Positions 1 to 8,742 of a DNA stretch of 39,327 nt are shown here, in pieces. Position 1 is the stretch's first letter, and each line of letters opens with the position of its first letter. Made by a program: the position numbers and the translations under genes. Origin of the DNA: a virus (taxonomy: Duplodnaviria; Caudoviricetes); IMG/VR virus record IMGVR_UViG_3300038976_000013, positions 1-39,327 of that record. One strand, given 5' to 3'. The notes beneath the pieces are model-generated. The model did no database searches. It was not told where the DNA came from and saw only the letters and a program-made list of their open reading frames with translations.

Positions 1-154
1 GGCGAGCTCCACATCGACCCCGGCACGTAGGTACATCCCGCCGTAGGCGCTTCCCTGCTCTGCCTGCTCCCGGAACACGGAGTATGCGCCGGAATCGCTC
101 AAGATCTGCTCCAGCCGATCCTGCGCCGGATTGTCCAGGATGACCCCGTCCGCC
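1..154. repeat. Terminal direct repeat (circular assembly overlap), copy 1
   Basis: Identical to 39174-39327 except T28 vs C39201, which is synonymous (CTA/CTG Leu) in the portal frame. Confidence 0.97.
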
Positions 155-513
155 GTCGCCCGCTCGCTCGATCCACCCGGCACGGTGAAGGCCGGCGGTT
201 CTGCGTAGAGCATGCCGGAACTCAGGCGGCTCACGTCGCGCGCCGCAGGGATGTGCAGCCTGGTCGTGCCTTGTCCAGGAGTCGGGGTCCGGCCATGCCA
301 GAACGTGTTCAGCAACCGCTTGGCCCCCGGCCAACGGGCGGTACCGGTGTCGCTGCCGAAGTACTGGGCACTGACCGGGTCGCTCTGGGCACCGTAGACG
401 TAGGCCAGTTGCTCCATGTCGCCGCGGTACCAGGCGCCCCACTCCTGGTAGTACTTGGCCGGTCCTTCGCACTCGGCGGGTGGCCAAACGACATTGCCGT
501 ATTCGATCGGCAC
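1..513 (-). CDS. Portal protein, 5' part (continues across the join to 38049; 545 aa in total)
   Basis: GTG at 513 after a GGGGAG RBS. MPIEYGNVVWPP...EWGAWYRGD...RLHIPAARDVSRLSSGMLYAEPP is a typical actinophage portal N-terminus. In frame with the 38049-39275 ORF. Confidence 0.88.
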   Translation of the reverse strand, partial: MPIEYGNVVWPPAECEGPAKYYQEWGAWYRGDMEQLAYVYGAQSDPVSAQYFGSDTGTARWPGAKRLLNTFWHGRTPTPGQGTTRLHIPAARDVSRLSSGMLYAEPPAFTVPGGSSERATADGVILDNPAQDRLEQILSDSGAYSVFREQAEQGSAYGGMYLRAGVDVELA

Positions 514-526
514 GATGCCGCTCCCC

Positions 527-805
527 TCACACGCCAATAGCCCTGACCTCGATTGAGGCTAGGGCTATCGTAGCGGCGGGGTAGATCAGGACATCAGAAT
601 CCAGCCAAACCGCACGTGGTGTGCAGGGGGGGTAATCACTGAACACGTGCCACGAACGGTCATGCTCGGGATCGACCCAAACGCCCAGGTAGCTCGGGAG
701 CACATCGTCCAGCCCCCCGCCCGCAGCGTCGGCACCCTCATCCACCCAAGCGTCCCGCGTGGGGTGGCCCCACGCGGGAACAATGTAGGTCCGACTACGC
801 GCCAT
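527..805 (-). CDS. Hypothetical protein (92 aa)
   Basis: TGATG overlap with the upstream gene; fills the gap before the portal. Confidence 0.65.
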   Translation of the reverse strand: MARSRTYIVPAWGHPTRDAWVDEGADAAGGGLDDVLPSYLGVWVDPEHDRSWHVFSDYPPCTPRAVWLDSDVLIYPAATIALASIEVRAIGV

Positions 806-1032
806 CAGCTCTCACTGGCGATGTTGGTCAGAGGCAGTTTCATGTGATCTCCGCTGTAACTGCCGTCCGGGTTCAGAAAGCCGATCTTTACCATTTCGGT
901 GTACCCGTAGAAATTCCAGCCCATCGCGCGAACGCGCATCCCTGCGAGGTTGACCGATCGGGTGTACTCGTTGTCAGCCAGTAAAACAGTGCCCCGGCTG
1001 TTGATAATCGATTCGATCTCTGTCGTTGTCAT
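805..1032 (-). CDS. Hypothetical protein (75 aa), probably leaderless
   Basis: ATG lies 6 nt after a TAGACT -10 box; plausible protein composition. Confidence 0.75.
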   Translation of the reverse strand: MTTTEIESIINSRGTVLLADNEYTRSVNLAGMRVRAMGWNFYGYTEMVKIGFLNPDGSYSGDHMKLPLTNIASES

Positions 1033-1286
1033 GTCCCTAGTCTAGCCTGCCCTGTCGTGCCTTGTCTAGCGTTGTCGTCACCCGAACAGGTGAATTGTTG
1101 CCGGCCAGCCCAAGCAACGCACGCGAGGCACTGCCGGAATCCTTGGACGGACAACACGCCCTTGGCGCCGGTACAGGCCACCCGCGCGCCGCGCTCCTTG
1201 ACCAGGTGTGCCATCCGGTCATCCCGGTCCCGAGCATGCCAGGACACGCCCCAGGAATAACCGACCGGCACCGGGGGACGCATCAT
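1029..1286 (-). CDS. Hypothetical protein with Cys motif (85 aa)
   Basis: ATGA overlaps at both ends; H...C...CLAC motif may bind Zn. Confidence 0.6.
   Translation of the reverse strand: MMRPPVPVGYSWGVSWHARDRDDRMAHLVKERGARVACTGAKGVLSVQGFRQCLACVAWAGRQQFTCSGDDNARQGTTGQARLGT
1039..1068 (-). promoter_or_regulatory. SigA/HrdB-type promoter TAGACA-N18-TAGACT
   Basis: Spacing fits. Shares a 22-bp near-repeat (1048-1069 vs 2192-2213, one mismatch) with the promoter at 2184-2212. Confidence 0.6.
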
Positions 1287-1507
1287 GCATCCCGTTCAGC
1301 TTGGAGCTGATCGATCAGATGTTTCTGATATGCGATCACGTTCTGCATGTCCGTCCGCTGCTGATTCACGATCGTATGCACCTGTGCCACGTTGTCTTTG
1401 ACCTTGTGGGTGGCTCGATAGTTGGCCAACGCGCCGATCAGTACGGCAATCGCCGTGACGAACGTGCCAACCGCAGTGATCACTCCGGCCCACGTCGACG
1501 GATTCAC
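1283..1507 (-). CDS. Small membrane protein (N-terminal TM helix plus coiled coil)
   Basis: Hydrophobic WAGVITAVGTFVTAIAVLIGAL; 4-bp overlaps with both neighbours. Confidence 0.75.
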   Translation of the reverse strand: MNPSTWAGVITAVGTFVTAIAVLIGALANYRATHKVKDNVAQVHTIVNQQRTDMQNVIAYQKHLIDQLQAERDA

Positions 1508-1728
1508 TGCGCTCTCCGGCGTCCGGTGTAGTCGGGACGAAGATTGATCGTCTGGTCGATGTGCTCCGCCAAGCGCCGGCGTTGATTGTCCCGAGCGGTC
1601 TCGGCGGCTCGATCACGTAACCAACGCCACATCCTGCGTTCCTGCTTCGTGCTGGTCAGCCATCGCCAAAACCCGACCTTGACGGTGTCGTCAAAGGTCG
1701 GGTTCAGGCTGGATACGGGAACTCTCAT
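1504..1728 (-). CDS. Hypothetical protein (74 aa)
   Basis: Start moved to the ATG at 1728, which makes an ATGA overlap with the upstream stop. Confidence 0.6.
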   Translation of the reverse strand: MRVPVSSLNPTFDDTVKVGFWRWLTSTKQERRMWRWLRDRAAETARDNQRRRLAEHIDQTINLRPDYTGRRRAQ

Positions 1729-1928
1729 GCTCCGATTGTGCGCCGATAGTTCGGCAACGACCGTCCGGTGGTCCGTGGGATACAAATACCGCACTCGGCA
1801 TACGTGCCGGCGTGGACACGCCGCACCGCAGGATTCTCGCCCGGACGGGGTCCGTACAGGCCCATGTCCCGGACTGGATAGCTAAGGTGAACCTCGGTCG
1901 CTCGGATCGTCTCGGTCTCGTTAGTCAT
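1725..1928 (-). CDS. Hypothetical protein (67 aa)
   Basis: ATGA-coupled to both neighbours. Confidence 0.6.
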   Translation of the reverse strand: MTNETETIRATEVHLSYPVRDMGLYGPRPGENPAVRRVHAGTYAECGICIPRTTGRSLPNYRRTIGA

Positions 1929-2176
1929 CGCTCTTCCGCCTTCCGCAGTTCGCGAGCTAGGCGCTGTCCGTATGCCGGCCAGACATACAGCAGGTAGTCC
2001 GGGACGAAACTGGAATACCCCGGCAGACCTCCGAACTGACCCATACCGATGTTGGCCACGCGGACCCCCGGAACCTTCCAGCTAGGGTCTTTGGCAACAT
2101 GCTCGATCACGCGGCCCGCGGACGTGCCGTTAGTGATGATGTCATTGATCTTGAATGAAACCGGGTGCTCAGTCAT
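1925..2176 (-). CDS. Hypothetical protein (83 aa), probably leaderless
   Basis: ATG at 2176 lies 7 nt after a TATTAT -10 box; small beta-rich sequence. Confidence 0.7.
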   Translation of the reverse strand: MTEHPVSFKINDIITNGTSAGRVIEHVAKDPSWKVPGVRVANIGMGQFGGLPGYSSFVPDYLLYVWPAYGQRLARELRKAEER

Positions 2177-2183
2177 GTCAACC

Positions 2184-2212
2184 ATAATACGTGCCTTGTC
2201 GTGCCTTGTCTA
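2184..2212 (-). promoter_or_regulatory. SigA/HrdB-type promoter TAGACA-N17-TATTAT
   Basis: Near-consensus boxes with a 17-bp spacer made of tandem GACAAGGCAC repeats; the -35 box overlaps the terL stop codon. Confidence 0.7.
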
Positions 2213-3547
2213 GTTGTCGAGTGACCAGCCGTACACATCCCGGTGCCACTGCTCCGCGCTGGTCTCCCATGAGTACCGACTAGCGTCCAGCCCGTGATCC
2301 CGCACCTTGATGACCTTGTCCTCACCCTTGGCTGCAGCCTTGTCGTCCCATGCGTAGTCCGGGAACTCCGCTCGGAGCTCGGTGCATCGCTCGGCGACGT
2401 ATAGCTTCCTGGCCTTGAGGAGCGTCGCCCCGGTGGAGATCCCGTCCAGCACGGCGTTATCGGCCGGCCATGAGTTGATCCCGTCCCGGAACAACTGGAT
2501 CCGGTAGCCCTTGGCCGCCGGGTCCACGAAATGCTGCTCCGGCTCGATCCCACACAGCGGTAGCCGTCCCGGTTCCTGGACCCCCGGAATCTCCGCCTCT
2601 GTGAGCCACTTCCGGTACGCCTGGACGTATTCGAGCGCGGTCATGTCTCGCATCGTCGTACGAGGGTCATGCCGCCACTCGTGCGTGATGAATAGTGCCT
2701 TTTCCGCATCATTCCGGGGATCGGCGCCGAGACCGAGAAGTACCGAGTGGAACGGGTTGGTGTGACCAACGTCGGTACCGGTACCGATCCACCGGGTGAT
2801 GAAAGGAATCTTGTGATTCGGGATGACGTGCAGCTTTTCATCCCACATCGGGTAGACCGCACCTTCAGCCATCACCCATTTGCCGAGGATAAACCGCTGG
2901 TAGAAGATCCCCGTATATTCCCGCTCCAGCCGGCGCACGAAATCGGCATCCAGCGTGGGGTTGTCCTTGAGCTGGAAATGGAACACCCGGACCTCGACGG
3001 AGTCATCGCCGTACCGATTGACGACGTTGCCGTTCAGGTCAATCTCCATCATCGCTCGGTTGATGACACCCGTCTTCAGCCAGTGTGTCGCACTGGCAGG
3101 GTTACCCGTACCGAACCACTGTGCATCCGGTATGGAGAGTCGTGTCGTCGCCATCTTGAACACGTCCTCAGCCCACACCGGGATCTCGTCACCGTAGAAA
3201 CCGGCGAGTGTCATGCCCTGAATCTTGGCCACGGCTGTCTCGTTGTCAGCGCCGGCCAGATAGATCTTCCGGCCGAGAAACTCCGCCTCGCCTGCTCCCG
3301 ACATCACCTTGAAACGGGTCGATCCGACCATGTCCACGATCGGATCGAGCACGTTGCGCTTCAGCGTCCGCTCGGTTCGGCCGATCATCGCGACCGGGCC
3401 GTCCGGACCGTTGCGGAGGTATTGCAGCCAGCGAAGCAGCGAGCAGACTGTCTTGGACGACCGCACAGCGCCGACCCAAAGGTTGCCCGGTGCAGTAGCG
3501 AGCCGGACCGAGTCTCGCTGCTTACCGACCAGCGGGCGGAGATCCAT
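2210..3547 (-). CDS. terL: Terminase large subunit (PBSX-like)
   Basis: Walker A-like GAVRSSKT, Walker B FYGDEI, TGNP coupling motif, RNase H-like nuclease motifs GTDVG, VDPAA and DHGLDASRY. Confidence 0.95.
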   Translation of the reverse strand: MDLRPLVGKQRDSVRLATAPGNLWVGAVRSSKTVCSLLRWLQYLRNGPDGPVAMIGRTERTLKRNVLDPIVDMVGSTRFKVMSGAGEAEFLGRKIYLAGADNETAVAKIQGMTLAGFYGDEIPVWAEDVFKMATTRLSIPDAQWFGTGNPASATHWLKTGVINRAMMEIDLNGNVVNRYGDDSVEVRVFHFQLKDNPTLDADFVRRLEREYTGIFYQRFILGKWVMAEGAVYPMWDEKLHVIPNHKIPFITRWIGTGTDVGHTNPFHSVLLGLGADPRNDAEKALFITHEWRHDPRTTMRDMTALEYVQAYRKWLTEAEIPGVQEPGRLPLCGIEPEQHFVDPAAKGYRIQLFRDGINSWPADNAVLDGISTGATLLKARKLYVAERCTELRAEFPDYAWDDKAAAKGEDKVIKVRDHGLDASRYSWETSAEQWHRDVYGWSLDN

Positions 3548-4049
3548 TCGGATCCTCCCCGATCATCGCACCCAGCCAACGGTCCAGCATCGCGCCGGAA
3601 CGCGCGTCAGCGTCGTACATGTCCAGCACCTTGTGCTTGTCGATCGCGATAGCCGCAATCGTCGCCAGATTGCGCTGATCGGCTGTCGGTGGCCGCTCCA
3701 CAGTTCGCTCATTGTATGAGTTGTCCTTGCCGCCGAAATTGTAAATCACGGCTGGCGAGTCCATATCAGAAAGCGCTCTGTTCGCTACTCCCAATAGCCT
3801 TTCCGCAAGCGCACTGCGCAATTCAGCATTGGTCTTTCTACGGGCCTCTACGGCGTTTTCGACCTTGTGTCGTCCCTCGTCTGACCAGGAAACTCCCTCA
3901 TCCGCAGCAATACGGACAATGGATTGACGCGAAACTCCGTGTCGTTCGGCAACGCGCCGGATAGACCCCTCAGGCGTACCGACCGTCGCGCGTAGGTCGG
4001 CCACGATCGCCGCTCGAACTGCTGGTTCGATCGGTACACCACGACCCAC
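3522..4049 (-). CDS. terS: Terminase small subunit / HTH protein
   Basis: N-terminal HTH (SIRRVAERHGVSRQSIVRIA) and YNFGGKDNSYNE motif; overlaps the terL start. Confidence 0.8.
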   Translation of the reverse strand: MGRGVPIEPAVRAAIVADLRATVGTPEGSIRRVAERHGVSRQSIVRIAADEGVSWSDEGRHKVENAVEARRKTNAELRSALAERLLGVANRALSDMDSPAVIYNFGGKDNSYNERTVERPPTADQRNLATIAAIAIDKHKVLDMYDADARSGAMLDRWLGAMIGEDPNGSPPAGR

Positions 4050-4161
4050 CGGGTCACGCTCCTATCCTGGCCCCACCGGGGCACCTACCCATCGTACCGA
4101 TCACGGGGCAGGTCCCTGGTCGACAGCCACTCTCCGACCAGGTACCAGCCACACGCCACGC

Positions 4162-4353
4162 CTACTCCCAGCAGGAAGCACACCACAATTTGGACAACGG
4201 TAAACATTTCGTCTCCCCTGCGGTTCCAAGCGCCACGGTCGGCGCTCCGTGACCCCTGGCCGCCCTGGACCGGACCGGCGGCACATCGTGCGTCCGGACG
4301 ACCAGCACAGCCAGCATCACGAGAATGACAGTCATTTTCACGAGGACTCCCAC
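4162..4353 (-). CDS. Possible small membrane protein
   Basis: Hydrophobic N-terminus; a competing frame (4101-4286, CPNC motif) also exists. Confidence 0.35.
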   Translation of the reverse strand: MGVLVKMTVILVMLAVLVVRTHDVPPVRSRAARGHGAPTVALGTAGETKCLPLSKLWCASCWE

Positions 4354-4715
4354 GGCAAGATCATCGGATTCCCGGACCGGGCGATTGCCTCCAGCAGCCG
4401 GCCGTACCAGCGCTTGGCCCGCTCGAACTCGCCGCGGTAGACCTCGATCGCCACGGTCCGCCGACGCCCGGAAACCCCGAACGCGACCGACCGACCCTCA
4501 TCGAACGTGATGGCGAACGTCCCGACGATGGCGTCCGGGACGATGTCCAGCGCGCCGGCCACGATCTCGGTCACTCGCATCCGGACCACCTGACCATGCT
4601 CCGGGCACTCCGGCCCGTCCGGGCATCGAGCGACCCCGTGCACCGTGACTTGTCCGGTCTCAGCGTTGATCGCCGCTCCACCGGTCACCAACTCCAGGAT
4701 CAACGGATCACTCAC
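4338..4715 (-). CDS. Hypothetical protein (125 aa)
   Basis: GTG start in a GTGA overlap; CPxxxxCPxH motif. Confidence 0.7.
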   Translation of the reverse strand: MSDPLILELVTGGAAINAETGQVTVHGVARCPDGPECPEHGQVVRMRVTEIVAGALDIVPDAIVGTFAITFDEGRSVAFGVSGRRRTVAIEVYRGEFERAKRWYGRLLEAIARSGNPMILPWESS

Positions 4716-4831
4716 AGCAGCACCAACCCGGCAGTGCACACGGTCAGAACGACCAGCAACCCGACCAGCGTGATGGCCACGGCGACGACCAGCGCACGCC
4801 ACGGTGTGATGGTTCCATGCTGGCCCGTCAC
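4712..4831 (-). CDS. Small membrane protein (39 aa, not in the ORF track)
   Basis: MTGQHGTITPWRALVVAVAITLVGLLVVLTVCTAGLVLL; GTGA overlaps at both ends. Confidence 0.65.
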   Translation of the reverse strand: MTGQHGTITPWRALVVAVAITLVGLLVVLTVCTAGLVLL

Positions 4832-4998
4832 AGCAGCGCACCCGCGCGACGGTCGAGCTCCACCCGCAAGTACAGCGTGACCCCGCCGGTGAGCAGTGCC
4901 AGACCGAGGTAGGTCACCTCCAGGGCGAACCAGCCGAGCACACCCCGCCGCTTGAGCCGACGCTCCAGGCGCCGACGACGGCTGTCCAGGTTACGCAT
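4828..4998 (-). CDS. Small membrane protein (56 aa)
   Basis: Arg-rich N-terminus followed by a TM helix; overlaps the upstream HTH gene. Confidence 0.6.
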   Translation of the reverse strand: MRNLDSRRRRLERRLKRRGVLGWFALEVTYLGLALLTGGVTLYLRVELDRRAGALL

Positions 4999-5206
4999 GT
5001 CCCGCATCCTTCCAGGTGAACCCACGGTCCAGGACCCACACCCGCACAACGTTCAAGTCCCACACTCGACCGCTGGCCAAGGTGCTGACCGGTGCCGGAA
5101 ACTTCGGCGCTCCCACGATCCCGCGTGTCGTCCAGTTGTGCACCGTTTGCTTGGCCATGCCGGTCGCAGCGACGATCTCCGCGATCGACCCGAGATGCTC
5201 TGTCAC
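4991..5206 (-). CDS. AlpA/excisionase-like HTH DNA-binding protein
   Basis: LGSIAEIVAATGMAKQTVHNW...FPAPVSTLASGRVW pattern. Confidence 0.8.
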   Translation of the reverse strand: MTEHLGSIAEIVAATGMAKQTVHNWTTRGIVGAPKFPAPVSTLASGRVWDLNVVRVWVLDRGFTWKDAGHA

Positions 5207-5673
5207 ATCTCCCAGGATACACCGTCCCCGAAGATATGGCGAGCCGGCGGGTCGATCAGGTACAGCCCGAGACGGAACAACGCGACCGGGTCATCCCGGA
5301 AGTGCCCGAGGATCCGGTTGCACGTCGCACAGAGCATCCCCCGGACACACGCCATGCACCCGACCTCCGGCGCGTGACCCTGCCGGCACGTGTGGTCGTG
5401 GTCGATCGCGAGCGCGCGCCGGCCGGTCCCCCGTGCCCGACGACAGCCCGCGCACCGTCCACCCTGCCCGTCGTACAGGCGCTGAGCGTCCTGTGGCGCC
5501 AAACCGTACGTCCGCTCCCGGTGAGCACCCCGCCGGGCCGTACGGACCGTCTGGCGCCGCTTCCGATGGTGCGTCGTGCAGCGCGGTCCCGGGTGCGGAG
5601 CCGGCCGGACGGTCCGGGGCGCGTCGTCCGACCCCGCCTCCACCGCGGCGCGACAGTCCTTGCACACATGCAT
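5203..5673 (-). CDS. Endonuclease VII (recombination endonuclease / resolvase)
   Basis: YGL...QGGRCAGC...LAIDHDH...VRGMLCATCN...LG.FRDD signature. Confidence 0.92.
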   Translation of the reverse strand: MHVCKDCRAAVEAGSDDAPRTVRPAPHPGPRCTTHHRKRRQTVRTARRGAHRERTYGLAPQDAQRLYDGQGGRCAGCRRARGTGRRALAIDHDHTCRQGHAPEVGCMACVRGMLCATCNRILGHFRDDPVALFRLGLYLIDPPARHIFGDGVSWEM

Positions 5674-5710
5674 ACCGAGTATCTACTTTCTCGACACTGC
5701 CACGGGGGTC

Positions 5711-5800
5711 TGACACGCATGGGGCCCTTATAGGGCCCCCATGTCATGTCAGAATGTCACCTTTGTCATGTCACATGTCATACCGATGTCAGTCATGTCA
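5711..5800. repeat. TGTCA iteron array plus palindrome; putative replication origin
   Basis: Eight TGTCA copies in 5742-5800 and a GGGGCCCT-tat-AGGGCCCC hairpin at 5721-5739, directly after the primase-helicase gene. Confidence 0.7.
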
Positions 5801-8203
5801 CTTTGCCTGGTCAGGCTCTTGATCGTCCTCCACAGTGGATGTCGTGCCAATGTCACTGTCCACTGTGGATGATGATCTAATGACATTGACATGGCAGAAT
5901 GTCTGGTTACTGAGCGCAAGCCTTGTTACCGTTTCCGTAGACACAATCCATCGACCGGTAGCTTTCTCTTGGGCGTCCACGACTCGTGCCATATAGCCCG
6001 AACTGACCGCTTGGTCCCACGCTCGCAGGAACGTCCGCTCGGCCATCGGTGACCCGGTCCGGCCGGCGTCATGCTTCAGCACCGTCCGCTTGATCTCCGC
6101 CTTGGTGCCCCCGTTGAACGGGAAGACCTCATGCGTGATCTTGAGCATTCGGTCAACGGCGGGGGACTCCGGTCCGACCTCGGGCGCCTCGAACGGATCC
6201 CGCGTGTCATCGGCGCCGACCAGGACGGCCGAGTCACCATCCGGTTCGAGGAAGAGCTCAATCGGCGCGAACTGAGCCTCATCTTTCTGCTTGTCGTTAT
6301 GGATGTGGATGACACCCTCGGCCGGCTTGGTCACCCGGATCTCCGTGTTCACCGCTCCGACCACGGCGGACGCGCCACGCCCCTGATCGCCGTTGTGACC
6401 GAGGTGGTGGACCACGCAAACACACGCGCCGGTCGAGCGCCGGATCTGCTCCACCCGCTCGATGAAGATGCCCATCTCGGAGTTGTCGTTCTCGTTCACC
6501 CCGACCGTGATCCTGGCCTGCGTGTCCAGGAACACCAGGCGGGGTCGAAGCTGGTGCAGCGCCAGGACCAGCACGCGCCACGCCTTGGTGTCCGCGGACT
6601 GCACCGGGCGGGGTAGCACGAGCAGGCGCTCCCGCTCGATCGGCACTCCGCCGTTGTGCCGGCGCTCCCACGCGCGCAGGCGCTTCTTGAACCCTCGGGC
6701 ACCTTCAGCGACCAGGAACACCACCAGACCTTGCGTCGTCTCCCGACCGTGCCATGGCTGGCCGGTCGCGACGGATCCGGCCAGGTCGAGTGCGACGAAC
6801 GTCTTGCCGTGGTTCGACTTGCCGACGATCCGTGCCACCGTGTCCAAGTCCAGCACGCCGGCCACGAGAGGTTCTGGATCCGGAATGCCGTCCAGTTCTT
6901 CGCTGGAGAGCATCTCGGCCAGCAGCGCGGACACCGGGTCTAACTCCGCCTCACCATCCACAACGTCCTCCCCGGGATCGTCGTCGGGGTCGGTGGCGTC
7001 CGAGAATGGATCTTGGCTGACGAACCGCTCGTCAGCCATCGGTCCTGGTAGCGGCACGTCGTCAAGCGCCCCGATGCCCATCTGGAAGCCGGGAAACTCC
7101 TCATCCCGATACGTGTCGGCCAAGCCCAGCTCTCGGAACACTGGCAGGAAAGCGCCGTCATGATCTCGTCGTGCCAGGTACTGAATCTTGGTGAACGTGT
7201 TCCCCCCGCCGGCCAGGAACTCCGGCGGGTTGTCCGTCCAGACGTGCAGCGGCCCCCACCCGGTGGTCACGTCGTAGCGCGAGCAGCCGACATCGTGCGC
7301 CGTGGCCGACTTGGGTGACGCGTGCGCACCCGGTGCCGTCCAGATCGGGCAGGAACAGGTGTCGACCAGCCCGGTGTCCGTCCAGCCGTCCACCTCCAGC
7401 AGGTCCGACCACGGGGTCTTGGCCTGCCACTGCTCGTCAGGCTTCCCGGAATCGAGCACCAGATCCAGTGACCGGGTCGCACGCTCCCGGCGCGCTTCCA
7501 CGGCCAGGGTGATCCGGTCGAGAATCCATTGCGGGCAGACCTCGGGTTGCGCCAGCAGGACGTACGGGCCTTCCGGCCGGCGTGACGGCGGTACGAGCAC
7601 CTGGTGCTTGGCCCACATCACCGACCAGCCGGAATCCGCCTTGAGCACCCCGCTTCCCTCCGGGAGTTCGACTCCGTCCGGCAGGGTGAACCAGAAGTGA
7701 CCCCCGCCGCTGTGCACCCACTCGCCCTCACGCATCACCCCCGGAGACTGCACCGTCATCCCGGGGGCGAGGTAGCCCCCGGTGTGCTCCAGAGCCCAAT
7801 CGGTCAGGAACGCGTCACGCTCTTCCGTCGTGTCCACGTCCACCACGACCATCCGGGACGCGCCGAGCTCCAGGCCGAGGTTCGGCACGATGCCGGCGGC
7901 GGCCATCCGACGCACGACGCGGGTCACCACGGCGGGGTCGGTCATCGCGTGCGCCAGACCGCACGCGTGCCGCCGACGCTGCCAGAGCCGATCCCCCGCG
8001 GCCTGTGCCGCGCGCTGAACCCGCGTGTCCTCGGTCTTGGCCTTGCGTGCCGTCAGCGTGCACATCGGCGCTTTCTCGCCCGGCCGGTCCAGCACGACGG
8101 CGTAGCCGGCTTTCGCCGCAGCCACGGCGATCCGTTCGACCAGTGCGGTGTCACCGGGCTCAGCCAGTCCGAAGATGTTCGTCCACACGCCCTGGCCGAT
8201 CAC
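5798..8203 (-). CDS. Bifunctional DNA primase/polymerase fused to an AAA_25 (RepA/RecA-like) helicase
   Basis: Prim-Pol motifs NLGLELG, VVVDVD, GGGHFWF and VLVPPS; helicase Walker A GKSNHGKT, LVAEG, Walker B VFLDT, VVHH and RGASA. Confidence 0.92.
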   Translation of the reverse strand: MIGQGVWTNIFGLAEPGDTALVERIAVAAAKAGYAVVLDRPGEKAPMCTLTARKAKTEDTRVQRAAQAAGDRLWQRRRHACGLAHAMTDPAVVTRVVRRMAAAGIVPNLGLELGASRMVVVDVDTTEERDAFLTDWALEHTGGYLAPGMTVQSPGVMREGEWVHSGGGHFWFTLPDGVELPEGSGVLKADSGWSVMWAKHQVLVPPSRRPEGPYVLLAQPEVCPQWILDRITLAVEARRERATRSLDLVLDSGKPDEQWQAKTPWSDLLEVDGWTDTGLVDTCSCPIWTAPGAHASPKSATAHDVGCSRYDVTTGWGPLHVWTDNPPEFLAGGGNTFTKIQYLARRDHDGAFLPVFRELGLADTYRDEEFPGFQMGIGALDDVPLPGPMADERFVSQDPFSDATDPDDDPGEDVVDGEAELDPVSALLAEMLSSEELDGIPDPEPLVAGVLDLDTVARIVGKSNHGKTFVALDLAGSVATGQPWHGRETTQGLVVFLVAEGARGFKKRLRAWERRHNGGVPIERERLLVLPRPVQSADTKAWRVLVLALHQLRPRLVFLDTQARITVGVNENDNSEMGIFIERVEQIRRSTGACVCVVHHLGHNGDQGRGASAVVGAVNTEIRVTKPAEGVIHIHNDKQKDEAQFAPIELFLEPDGDSAVLVGADDTRDPFEAPEVGPESPAVDRMLKITHEVFPFNGGTKAEIKRTVLKHDAGRTGSPMAERTFLRAWDQAVSSGYMARVVDAQEKATGRWIVSTETVTRLALSNQTFCHVNVIRSSSTVDSDIGTTSTVEDDQEPDQAK

Positions 8204-8742
8204 GTGCTCTCCCCGGGTTCAGTTGTTGATCTCAAAATTTGAGCGCGGGGACAGCGCAAGACCACTAGGCCCCTGCCTTCTCTGATTTTGACCCACCCCG
8301 CGCGCCGATAGCAGTACCCCGCAATGTCTGATGCGATAGCCGATGGTTTGACCTCGGTTTGAAGATCCTCAGACGGCAATTCTCCGTACCGGTGCAGCCA
8401 TTCGCGCACAGTCAGGGCAACGGCTTCCCGAATAAGGGTGCTCGATTGCTCACCAGAAAGGTTCCGAAACATCATGTTTCGCCACATGTATCTACCGGGT
8501 GCTGTTTCACCTGTGCGACCCCGGGACGCACCTGAACCTCGCGGCGCGGGCAAGCGATTACGAACCACAGCCCACACTGCTCCGGGCCGTACGAGGACGA
8601 TTTCCTGCCCTACGCCTGTAAACGTCCGACTACCCGGGGTGCGCCGGCTGTAGTGTGGGCCATTGCCGTCAAAAACCCCTGTGCCGTCAACGATCTCTAA
8701 GGCCGCTGGATCGCTTGATGAGGACAACCGCCACCTGGTCAC
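8200..8742 (-). CDS. Mom-like / GNAT-fold putative DNA modification protein (180 aa)
   Basis: GTGA overlap with the polymerase stop. HYSRR.PG, FRN...SS.LIREA and GYCYRRAGW resemble Mom/XF1762-type acyltransferases. Visibly lower GC than its neighbours. Confidence 0.5.
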   Translation of the reverse strand: MTRWRLSSSSDPAALEIVDGTGVFDGNGPHYSRRTPGSRTFTGVGQEIVLVRPGAVWAVVRNRLPAPRGSGASRGRTGETAPGRYMWRNMMFRNLSGEQSSTLIREAVALTVREWLHRYGELPSEDLQTEVKPSAIASDIAGYCYRRAGWVKIREGRGLVVLRCPRAQILRSTTEPGEST

